Shown: positions 27,101-38,539 of the stretch, one piece after another
Numbering within the stretch: position 1 is the stretch's first letter
How the letters are laid out: every line of letters starts with the position of its first letter
NCBI RefSeq assembly: GCF_963921235.1
Contig: NC_086097.1
Coordinates: 160,458,001 to 160,522,000, forward strand
Direction: 5' to 3'
Origin: Mobula hypostoma
Lineage: Eukaryota
DNA: 64,000 nt
Notes under the pieces: model-generated
What the model was told of the DNA's origin: nothing
The model's database searches: none
The model's input: the letters and a program-made list of their open reading frames with translations, nothing else
Position numbers and translations under genes: made by a program

Positions 27101-28049
27101 AATGACCTGGATGAGGAATTGGAGGGATGGGTTAGTAAATTTGCTGATGACACAAAGTTTGGGGGTGTTGTGGATAGTGTGGAGGGCTGTCAGAGGATAC
27201 AGCAGGACATCGATAGGTTGCAAAACTGGACTGAGAAGTGGCAGATGGAATTCAACCCAGATAAATGTGAGGTGGTTCATTTTGGTAGGTCTTATATGAT
27301 GGCAGAATGTAATATTAATGGTAAGACTCTTGGCAGTGTGGAGGATCAGAGGGATCTTGGGGCCCAAGTCCATATGACACTCAAAGTTGCTGCGCAGGTT
27401 GACTCTGTGGTTAAGAAGGCATATGGTGCATTGGCCTTTATCGACCTTGAGATTGAGTTTAAGAGCAGACTGGTAATGTTACAGCTATATAAGACCCTGG
27501 ACAGATCCCACTTGGAGTACTGGGCTCAGTTCTGGTCACCTCACTACAGGAAGTATGTGGAAACTATAGGAAGTGTGCAGGGGAGATTTACAAGGATGTT
27601 GTCTGGATTGGGGAGCATGCCATATGAGAATAAGTTGAGTGAATTTGGCCTTTTCTCCTTGGAGCGACGGAGGATGAGAGGTGACTTGATGGAGGTGTAT
27701 AAGATGATGAGAGGCACTGATCATGTGGATAGAAGCTTTTTTCTAGGGCTGAAATGGCTAAAACAAGAGAGCACAGTTTTAAGGTGCTTGGAAGTAGGTA
27801 CAGAGGAGATGTCAGGGGTATGTGCTTTTTTAAAAAAAAAGAGTGGTGAGTGTGTGGAATGGGCTGCCGGTGACAGTGGTGAATGCAGATACAATAGGAT
27901 CTTTTAAGAGACTCCTGGATAGGTGCATGGAGCTTAGAAAATAGAGGGCTATAGGTAACCCTAGGTAATTTCTAAAGTAAGTACATGTTCGGCAGAGCAT
28001 TGTGGGCTGAATGGCCTGTATTGTGCTGTAGTTTTTCTATGTTTCTATG
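24110..28049 (+). mobile_element. CR1 LINE, near full length (5' UTR, zinc-finger/SGNH-esterase ORF1, EN-RT ORF2), inactivated
   Basis: ORF1 from 24330 with GDSIIRG, HIGINDI, DRLHLNPRG; ORF2 with ITETW, SQHGFVKGR, SGVPQGS, FADDTK; (TTCTATGT)n tail; two internal deletions near 26738 and 27020. Confidence 0.92.
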
Positions 28050-28052
28050 TAA

Positions 28053-30622
28053 TAGTCCATGAGCCAATAGGGCTGGTCTGTACAATCTGAGGGGAATAAT
28101 GTTCATAGTGTTTTTTTGGCAAGGTATACATTTCTGGAGTTAGAAAATATGTGATAGCATTGCACCAGTGGTAGCTTTATTACTTCATATAAGTAATCAC
28201 TAGAGTATATATTCCATATTAATATCAGTACAGCAGAAAATGTTACCCTACACCCCAAAAGGTAAAACACCTCATTTGGAGAGATTTCTGGAGTTTTATC
28301 AATGTCATGATATTTTCCATATTGTATCAAATCAAAATGATCTTAAGCTTTTGTCATAACACATAGAATTACAGTACAATAATTCAAATGTGGGGTTCCA
28401 CACGGCCATAACCTAGGCCCCATTTGGTTGTAAAATGAATACATTTAATCAAAGACTGCTTTCCATACTTTGTTTTCCATACTTTCATAACCTATTAATA
28501 ATCATAATAATTTTCCAAGTCTTCCACATTTTCATCTGAACTTCACACACCCTCTGAGGTGGAATCCTGGTTCTCACAGTCTGCCAGTCTACATGTCAGT
28601 ACACCTGAGACCATTTGCAACACGCATACATCTTGGGAGTGAATATTTTTTTGAACAGTTACAGGCCAGTAGATCCAGGGCGGCATCGGGTGCTGGCTGG
28701 CCTTCCATCCAGTGCACCACCAACTATTCAGCTTCCTCTTTTCTCTCCATCTTCCATCCTCTGTCAACAGGGCTTGGCACTTGTGGATCCTTCTCCAAAC
28801 ATCTTCTCCATATACCAGCATGGTAAATGGCTCGCTGTGCATGTTTTGTTAAGCAGTCCTTGCATGGTGGGAGTTGATGACTTTCGATTTCATCTTTTTT
28901 GGCACAGAAAAGGTGATACCTGAGCTCATTGACCTTGGTGGTCGATGCTTTTGGGGCGTACAGGAGACATGTAAAAGCCTCCAGTTTGTCCATCAGTTCT
29001 GGGGAGAGGTCTCATTCCTGACCCAACTCTAAGAATGTGTCCTGAGTTTCACTGTTGCTGGTCAGAAGTTTTAGGGCGCTTGTCTTCCCTTTGCCTACAA
29101 AAGCACAGTGTCACATCCTGTATATGTACGCAATCCGATGAGAGCCCTACAAACCTCTATGCCAACAGAGGCAGCAACCTTCCTGATGGCTACAAGCCTT
29201 GTACCGGTTCTAGTGCCACACTTCTGGAACAATGGGGCCTTAATCTTGTCACAAAATGCTAAAGATATGATAAAGACATCTGAGCAGATCACTACAGATT
29301 GGTATCCCTCTTTTGTGGCATGGGCAGCATGGAGAAGTAGGCGGCCATCTGCTTCTCCTTGTTGACACTGAAGAGCTGACACCTCCTCACTGTCTTGAGA
29401 TGTGATTCTGTAACATCTGTCATTCACAGTTGCATACAGAATCCTCTCCTGTAGCTTTGCTCTGTACTCCACCTTCCTCCATTCATGGACTATGAAGCTA
29501 ATGAGACAACTTTTGTTACTGACTTTGGTCAGGAAGCTCCTCCACTGCCTCACTATCTGTGTGCCTGTAATACCTTGCAACTCATATCCAGTCTCTTCAC
29601 CCCGTAGAGATCTTTCACTATTCTTGATAGAGTTCTCCTTGTATGTGTTGAACACAACATCTATTCTGCTACTCTGACTGCCATATCCAGAATTGTTGTG
29701 GTAACATCTCTGAAAGTAACTTGATCACCTTTCACTCTTTGGACCAAGTTCATTCCATCAACCACTGTAGCAGAGTTTTCCTGGAAGTTGCTCTTCTACT
29801 GCTACGTTTTTCTGCAAGGTTGTGGCTGAAGTAGCTTTATTTGTCTTTCTCAGCAATCCTTCTAGTGTAGACAGGGTCCAGAGCAATGGTCCAAGGGGAT
29901 AAGAAAGGATATCCTCCATATGTAGACTGCGCCCTTGTGCCATCACTATGATGCGTCCAAACAAAGACCTGTCTGCTTTCAAGATGATTGCTGTAGAGAT
30001 GCTAATGAGGTCCCGCTTCTCTGCAAATGGGTTGACCCACTCATGTATGGGGCTAACCACTGCTGAAACTGCTTCTTCATCTTTCTGGATTCTTGGCCAC
30101 TGTAGCTCCGCATGACAAAGCTCTGATCTGTTGCCTTGCACCATCTCCCTTAACTGTCTCAGGAATGCACTGCGGTGCTCAGCTGTTATGTAGTAACGCT
30201 TGATAGCTCCAGCATTCAGGCTGAACCGTGATGTGCCTCCAGGAGTCTGTGTGAATTTGTTCACTGTGGCTTCAATAGCCTGGTCCACAGGGATCTGCCC
30301 AAAGGGGTTGTTACTTGACAGCTGCACTGAGAATTGGCCTTTCTTGAAGGCCACATACACAGAAGGATTCTTCTCTGGGAAGTTCATCATCTGAGCAAAG
30401 GGGACAGGTACCTGGCATAATTCATCTTATCATTGGCATGGGATCATTGTTCTTACAGCATGGAGGTGCAATTCCCAGTCACCCACACTGAAAGCTACCA
30501 CCGCTGCAATGCTATCACATATTTTCTAGCACTAGGGGTGTATACCTTGCCAAAAATCACTAAGAATTATTCCCCCCAGACGGTATCGGTGACCCAAATT
30601 TGGGGTCCTGGCTCATGGACTA
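28053..30622 (-). mobile_element. Academ (XPG-type) DNA transposon, deletion derivative with both TIRs
   Basis: TAG...CTA termini; 14-bp perfect TIR (TAGTCCATGAGCCA) within ~125-bp imperfect TIRs; ORF relic GDWELHL..NYARYL, DQAIEATVNK, EADGRLLLH, TGCDT, LPPC, GWK and a C-terminal Cys-rich domain. Confidence 0.82.
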
Positions 30623-30860
30623 TTAAGCTCCATAATCAAATTTGCTTCATTCACCCAATCCAGAACTGTGTTTCCCCTAGTGGACTCAACTACAAGCTGC
30701 TCTAAAAAAAATAAACATCCTCTAGGCATTCTACAAGTTCTCTCTATCTTGGAATCCAGCACCAACTTGATTTTCCCCATCCACCTGCATACAAAAATCC
30801 CACATGAAGATTGTATCATTACCCTTATTACATGCTTTTACTATTTCTTGTGGTTTATTG
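30623..30860 (-). mobile_element. CR1 endonuclease fragment
   Basis: FLEQLVVESTRGNTVLDWV. Confidence 0.65.
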
Positions 30861-32152
30861 AATTAACAGAATTGACAATCATATCTGAGACCCTTTATCA
30901 TGACTATCACTATATTTATCAATCAACCATGTACACAAGCTTCTCTTTCCTTCTCTTGGCTTCATTCTCTTTGCAGTAATAATTTTCACATTTCAGCTGT
31001 AGTCTGGTAGAGAAGTCTGGAGGTTTTGATGGGATTAATTTTGGCATTGTTGCTGGTTTAGTGGATAACGTTTAAATCAAAATACCAAGAACTAGTAGAT
31101 TCAGCAGTTTGAAACAAAGAAAATTAATGGGAACATGATTTAATTGTTCAATGTGCCCCTGAGTCTGTGGCTAAACAAGTAGAAACATAAAACTTGGGAT
31201 GCAATGGCAGAAAATAGCTGAGTTATCTGAAATTATATGACTCAATGTATCCAAGCTGAAAGAATTATAATTATAATTAAATGTACAAGAAGAAACAAAT
31301 TGTATCTCACAGCAGTAAAAAAATAAGTTGATGAGTGATTTAATTGAGGCAGTTAAAGTGATAAAGTGATTCAATAGGCAAAACATAGAGAAGCAGTTTC
31401 CTGTTTGAACTCAGAACAATGAGGAACAAAAGTAGAACTAAAATAGTTAGAAGTAAACCAGGATGCACTTTTTTTTAAATATCAGAACAGTAGTGAATGT
31501 TAAAGTTAAAGATAGTATCTTCAACAGGTAACCTGCTTAAACCATAATCACAACACCCACATTCAGAGAAACACAGAGCCAGAAGGCGCAGAAACTGGCT
31601 GTTTGGAAACTGAGTCTGTGTCAATAATTAACACCCATTTGCACTAATCCTACAACAAACTCTTCCCTCATCCCCCACAGTCTCATCCACTTCCCCAGCT
31701 CACAACTCCAGATACCACCACCCACCTACACACTGGGCCAACACAATGGGTATTACTGCAAAGGCAGGAAATCTTCAGCAATGCTTACAAAATGCCGGAG
31801 GAACTCAGCAGGTCAGGCAGTCTATGGAGGGGAATAAACAGTTGATGTTTCTTGCTGAAACCCTTTATCTGAATGGGCAATTAACCTACTGTAAAAAAAA
31901 TAAAGACGGAACTAACAGGCATATTCCTTGGTAGTGTAAAGGTTCTCCAAGTTCATCTTCTCCAAAACTGTTAGGATTAGGAATATAAAAGAACTGCAGG
32001 ACTGATGGAATAGCAACAGGCCCTGAAATGTTTGGGAGCATAGAGGTGGAGCATATACAGATCATATTTCAATCGGACTTCCCTTGAACACATCAGTTCA
32101 TGGCCTCCTCTGCTGCAGAGATGTGACCACACACAAGTTGGAACAACACCTC

Positions 32153-32161
32153 TGTGGTAAA

Positions 32162-32202
<41 letters not shown>

Positions 32203-33830
32203 AACTGGGTTACCTGTCTGGACTCGCCCCTCTGCTGACTGCTCCTGTGGCTCCTCCCACAGACCCCTGAATAAAGGTGATTTCGCCTTGCTCCTCCCCC
32301 TCAGTCCAGGAGCAGATACTCGGCATGGTGGAGGTCACATTTTACTGCTAATAAAAGCCTTTCAATATTTACTCTACTTCCAGTCTTTTGGAGTTATTGA
32401 TGGTGCATCAATTTTATTCGCAGTAATTTTAAAGCATGGAACACATCCTGAGACCCGACAAGTTAGACCTCGACCCGCAAACACCTGAAGCTGGAAACGC
32501 TTTCGAACTCTGGCTGGCCTGCTTCGAATCATACCTGGAGGAGATGGAAGTGACCGATCCCACAGCGAAGCGCAGAGTTCTCCTCTCCAGGGTCAGTCCA
32601 CGGGTCTACTCGATGATCAGAGACCAGCCAACCTACGATGGTGCATGAGCGCCCTCAAAAGACAATACCTGCGGCCGGTAAACACCGTTTATGCGCGCTA
32701 TCGCTTAGCGAGGTGGCAACAGCGGCCTGGGAGTCGAGCGCTGAGCTTGTCCAGGCCCTACAGACACTCGTACAGACCTGCGACTGCCGAGAACCGACGG
32801 CAGAACAGTATGCGGAGCTCCTAGTGAGAGACGCCTTCGTCACGGGGACCAGGTCAGTGTATGTGCACCAGCGGCTGCTGGAACAAGCTGATCTTACCTT
32901 ACGTTCGGCGATTGAGCTGGCTGACACGCTGGAGGCCGCTCTGCACAACTCTGAGGCTCTCCAGGCACGCGATCCTCTGATGGCCTCATGGACACCGCAG
33001 ACCCCGCAACCCGCCAGCGAATCCACCACGGCTGCTGCCAGTCGTGAGTCCACGAAGTGCTACTTCTGCGGACTCAAGAAGCACCCCCGGAAACGCTGCC
33101 TGACCCAAGAAGCAACCTGCTCTAGCTGCAGGAGGAAGGGCCACTTCGCCAAGGCCTGCAAGTCCAAACCGCGAGCAGGATTGAGCAGCGCCGCATGCGA
33201 GGCATGGGGGTCGCCATCTTGCGAGACATGGGGGCGGTCATCTTGGTCAGCGCCACCTCTTACTGCCTACGACCCACGGGTGCTCTTGGGGCACCCCACC
33301 GCGCCAGACCAAGACAGCGACTCAATTCTGGCCTCCGTGACCCTCAACCAAAGCGCCCCCCACCAGCTCGCAAGGTCAATGATGGACATCCTGGTGGAGG
33401 GGCGCAGGACAAGCTGCCTGTTTGACATAGGCAGCACGGAGAGTTTTATCCACCCGGACATGGTGCAGCATTGCGGACTCGCGATACGGCCGGTAAGTCA
33501 GAGGGTCGCCATGGCTTCCGGGTCGCATACAACAGACATCCGGGGGGCGGGGGAGTGTTGTATAGCGACGCTAATGATGCAGGGCACAGAATATCGAGAC
33601 TTTACGTTACTGGTCATGCCTCAACTGTGTGCCCCTGTGCTATTGGGGCTCAACTTACAGAGCCACCTGAAAAGCGTGACAAAGGAGTATGACGGGCCCC
33701 TCCCACCAATCACCGTCGTAAATCCTTAGTTTTGTAGGAATACGTCACATACCCCGCTACTGACCACCTCCACACACTGACCCGCACATCCCACCCAACA
33801 CCATGCCAACAGCCACACTACGGACATCAC
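32153..33830 (+). mobile_element. Gypsy LTR retrotransposon: 5' LTR (32153-32410), gag and protease, truncated before RT
   Basis: TG...CA LTR with (TA)n and AATAAA; gag from ATG 32436; two knuckles CYFCGLKKHPRKRC and CSSCRRKGHFAKAC; protease LFDIGSTESF...VLLGL. Confidence 0.88.
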
Positions 33831-33998
33831 TTTCACCACCCACCCACCTCCCCCCTCAACTTGTTTCATCCATTACCTACCAGCTTGTATTCCTTCCCTC
33901 TCTCCACTTTCTTATTCTGGCTTCTTCCCCTTCATTTCTAGTCCTGATGAAGGGTTTTGGCCCAAAATGTTGACTCTTTATTCCTGTCCCTAGCATAC

Positions 33999-36900
33999 TC
34001 CTGGCTAACGTTCAGTCCTTGGATAGCAGGCTTTGTGAACTGAGAGCCGGAATCTCCTATCAGCAGGAAACAAAGGAATGCAACGTTTTGTGCTTCGTGG
34101 AGACCTGGCTGACAGAGCAGATACCGGATCATGCCATTGAGCCCTCTGGGTTCTCCCTGTTCTGGGCAGACATGTCGAAAACCTCACTGGGAAGAGTAAA
34201 AGAGGAGGGGTATGCTTCATGATCAGCAATGCTTGGTGCGACCCCTAGAATGTGCATGCACTCAAATCCTTGTGTTCCCTAGACCTGAAATACCTGGTGC
34301 TGTTGTGCAGACCTTACTGGCTGACTAGGGAGTTCACGGCTGTTATCATCACAGCAGTGTACATTCCACCACAGGCTGATACTGACCTGGCTCTCAAGGA
34401 ACTGTACGAGACCATCAACATACTGGAGACTGCACACCCAGAGGTTGCCTTCATCATCACCGGTGACTTCAAATCAAGCATCGCTGATGAAGATCTCTCC
34501 AGGGTTTTGTCAGCATTTCCAGCTGCGCACTCATGGAGATAACACACTTGATCACTGCTACACTCCCTTCTGCATGCATACAAAGCTCTCTTTTGCCCAG
34601 CTTTTGGAAAATCAGATCACCCTTCGATCCTGCTTTTGCCGACGTACAGGCAGAAGCTGAAACAAGAAACAGCGTAGGTAAAACCATCCACTGTTGGTCC
34701 GACCAATTGGCCTCCATGCTGCAGGACTGCTTCGATGACGTCGACTGGAATGACTTCCATGATGACAATGTCTCCGAGTTCACGGATGGAGTCACCTGTT
34801 TCATCTGGAAGTGCATAAGTGATGTTGTGCCCCCAGAAGTCGGTCAGGGTCTTCCCAAACCAGAAACCCTGGATTAATAGTTCTGTGCGAACGGCACTTA
34901 CAGCGCGACATCGAGCTTACGTTGCTGGTGGTCAACTAGAGCTCAAGAAAAGCAGCTATGATCTGTGCAAAGCTATCAATGCTGCAAAACAACAATACAG
35001 GGACAAGACAGAGTTAAGATTCACAATGAATAGCACACATGGTTTATGGGGAGGGCTGCATACCATCTCAGACTTCAAAGCCGAATGTAGTGGTGCCACC
35101 AACATCGTGGCCTCTCTCCCAGATGAGCTTAATCGTTTTTACGCTCAGTTCGATGTTGCTAACTCTGAGCCTCTGAGGAAAGCCACCGGTACAACCTGCA
35201 ACCCGGTCATCTCTGAGGCTGAGGTACACAGATGTTTCCAATAAGTGAACAGTCACAAGACTGCGGGACCAGACAGCATCCCAGGGCGAGTATTCAGGAT
35301 GTGCGCAGCACAACTGGCAGGTATGTTTACTGACTTTGTAAATCTATCCCTCTCCCAGTGTAGAGTACCCTCCTGCTTTAAATTATCCACCATTGTCCCT
35401 GTACCAAAAAAGACCAAGGTAACATGCCTGAATGACTGGCGTCCTGTTCCACTCACCTCAATAATAAGCAAATGCTTTGAGAGGCTGGTCACGGATTACA
35501 TCTTCAGCTTCCTACCATTCAAACCGAACCCCTTACAATTCGCCTACCGACACAACTGATCGACAGATGACGCAATAGCCACTGCTCTACATACCGTCCT
35601 TACACATCTGGAGAAGAAGGATGCTTATTTGAGAATGCTGTTCTTGGACTACAGTTCAGCATTCAACACCATAGTTCCATCCAGAATCAGAATCAGGTTT
35701 ATTATCACCAGCATGTGACGTGAAATTTGTTAACTTAGCAGCAGCAGTTCAATGCAATACATAATCTAGCAGAGAGAGAAAAAAAATAATAAACAAACAA
35801 GTAAATCAATTATGTATATTGAATATATTATTAATATGTGCAAAAACAGAAATATTGTATATTAAAAAAAGTGAGGTAGTGTCCAAAGCTTCAAAGTCCT
35901 TTCACAAATCGGATGGCAGAGGGGAAAAAGCTGTTCCAGAATTGCTGAGTGTGTGCCTTCAGGCTTCTGTATCTCCTACCTGATGGTAACAGTGAGAAAA
36001 GGGCATGCCCTGGGTGCTGGAGGTCCTTAATAATGGACGCTGCCTTTCTGAGACACCGATCCCTAAAGGTGTCCTGGGTACTTCGTAGGCTAGTGCCCAA
36101 GATGGAGCTGACTAGATTTACAACCTTCTGCAGCTTCCTTCAGTCCTGAGCAGTAGCCCCTCCATACCAGACAGTGATGCAGCCTGTCAGAATGCTCTTC
36201 ATGGTACAACTATAGAAGTTTTTGAGTGTATTTTTTGACATGCCACAGCGCTTCAAACTCCTAATAAAGTATAGCTGCCGTCTTGCCTTCTTTATGACTA
36301 CATCAATATGTTCGGACCAGGTTCGATCCTCAGAGATCTTGAAACCCAGGAACTTCAAGCTGCTCACTCTATCCACTTCTGATCCCTCTATGAGGACTGG
36401 TATGTGTACCTTCATCTTACCCTTCTTGAAGTCCACAGTCAGCTCTTTGGTCTTACTGACGTTGAGTGTCAGGTTGTTGCTGCGACACCATTCCACTAGT
36501 TGGCATATCTCACTCCTGTACGCCCTCTGTACACCTGAGATTCTACCAACGATAGTTGTATCGTCAGCAAATTTGTAGATGGTATTTGAGCTATGCCCAG
36601 CCATACAGTCATGTATTTACAGAGAGTAGAGCAGTGGGTTAAGCACACACCCCTGAGGTGTGCCAGTGTTGATCGTCAGCGAAGAGGATATGTTATCAGC
36701 AATCCGCACAGATTGTGGTCTTCCAGTGAGAAGTTGAGGATCCAATTACAGAGGGAGGTACAGAGGCCCAGGTTCTGCAACTTCTCAATCAGGATTGTGG
36801 GAATGATGGTATTAAATGCTGAGCTATAGTCGATGAACAGCATCCTGACGTTGGTGTTTGTGTTGTCTAGGTGGTCTAAAGCCGTCTGATGAGCCATGGA

Positions 36901-38450
36901 GACTGTGTCTACTGTTGACCTATTATAGTGATAGGCAAATTGCATTGGGTCCAGGTCCTTGCTGAGGCAGGAGTTCAGTTTAGTCATGACCAACCTCTCA
37001 AAGCATTTCATCACTGTCGATGTGAGTGCTACCGGGCAACAGTCGTTAAGGCAGCTCACATTATTCTTCTTTGGCACTGGTATAATTATTGCCTTTTGAA
37101 GCAAGTGGGAACTTCTGCCTGTAGCAGTGAGAGGTTAAAAATGTCCTTGAATACTCCTGCTAGCTGCTTGTCACAGGTTTTCAGAGCCTTACCAGGTATT
37201 CCATCAGGACCTTCTGCCTTGCGAGGGTTCACTCTCTTCAAAAACAGCCTAACATTGGCCTCTGAGACAGAGATCACAGGGTCATCAGGTGTAGCAGGGA
37301 TCTTCACAGCTGTAGTTGTGTTCTCCCTTTCAAAGCATGCATAGAAGGCGTTGGGTTCATCTGGTAGTGGAGCGTCGCTGCCATTCATGCTATTGGGTCT
37401 TCATCTAGGCTCAACAAGAAGGTCAGCGATCTCGACCTTGACCCTGCCTTGTGCATCTGGATCCTGGACCCTGTCAGATTGCCGGCAGGTCATAAGAGTG
37501 GGCTCCCTCACCTGCAACCATCTGACTCTCAATACAGGAGCTCCTCAGGGCTGCGTACTGAGACCCCTCCTTTTCTCCCTGTATCATCATGACTGTGTCG
37601 CCACCCACAGCTCTAATCTGCTACTTAAATTTGCTGATGACACTACATTGATTGGCCTTATCTCAAACAATAATGAGGTGGCCTACAGGGAAGAAGTTAT
37701 CTCTCTGAAACAGTGGTGTCAAGAAAACAACCTCTCCCTCAATGTTGCAAAAATAAAGGAGCTGGTTGTGGATTAAAGGATGAATGGAGACAGGCTAACC
37801 CCTATTGACATCAATGGATCTGGGGTTGAGAGGGCAAACAGCTTTAAGCTCCTCGGCATCCACATCACCGAGGACCTCACGTGGTCTATACATACCAGCT
37901 ATGTGGTTTAAAAAAAAGCACAACAGCGCGTCTTTCACCTCAGACGGTTGAGGAAGTTTGGTATGGGCCCCCAAATCCTAAGAACTTTCTACAGGGGCAC
38001 AATTGAGAGCATCCTGACTGGCTGCATCACTGCCTGGTATGGGAACTGTACCTCCCTTAATCACAGGTCTCTGCAGAGAGTGGTGCGGACAGCTCAGTGC
38101 ATCTGTAGTTGTGAATCTCCCATGATTCAGGACATTTACAAGGACAGGTGTGTAAAAAGGGCCCATAGGATCATTGGGGACCCAAGTCACCCCAACCACA
38201 ATCTATTCCAGCTGCTACTATCCGTAAACGGTACCACAGCATAAAAGCCAAGACCAACAGGCTCCGGGATAGCTTCTTCCACCAGGCCATCAGACTGATT
38301 TATGCTGCTTTGAGTGTATTCTATATTACATTGACTATTCTATTTATTATAAATTACTATGATTGGACATTTAGACGGAGACATAACGTAAAGATTTTTA
38401 CTCCTCATGTATGTGAAGGATGTAAAAAATATAAAGTCAATTCAATTCAA
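33999..38450 (+). mobile_element. Rex1/Babar LINE (EN-RT), interrupted by an antisense Rex1 at 35685-37401
   Basis: [54 protein letters not shown]; (AATTC)n tail. Confidence 0.88.
35685..37401 (-). mobile_element. Rex1/Babar LINE, 5'-truncated
   Basis: [40 protein letters not shown]; (CTGATT)n tail; TSD CATCCAG (35678-35684) / CATCTAG (37402-37408). Confidence 0.88.
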
Positions 38451-38539
38451 ACCTGATATACTGATTTCCTCCAGCACTTTGTATGTGCTTCTCTAGAGGC
38501 AGAGCAGTAGTTGACACTAGTCAGTGACACACAGATATG

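Larger units (their letters stand above)
32085..38495 (+). mobile_element. Penelope element split into three pieces (32085-32152, ~33830-33998, 38451-38495)
   Basis: SVHGLLCCRD..KLEQHL (GIY-YIG C-terminus, as at 4595-4660); pyrimidine-rich 3' region with hammerhead relic at 33940-33975; tail CCTG...CCTCCAGCA resumes at 38451. Confidence 0.7.

Noticed and set aside
28543..30430. Host FEN1/XPG or tesmin gene
   Set aside because: Intronless, frameshifted, duplicated and enclosed in TIRs; explained by Academ.
32164..32197. (TA)n run
   Set aside because: Ordinary microsatellite inside the Gypsy LTR.
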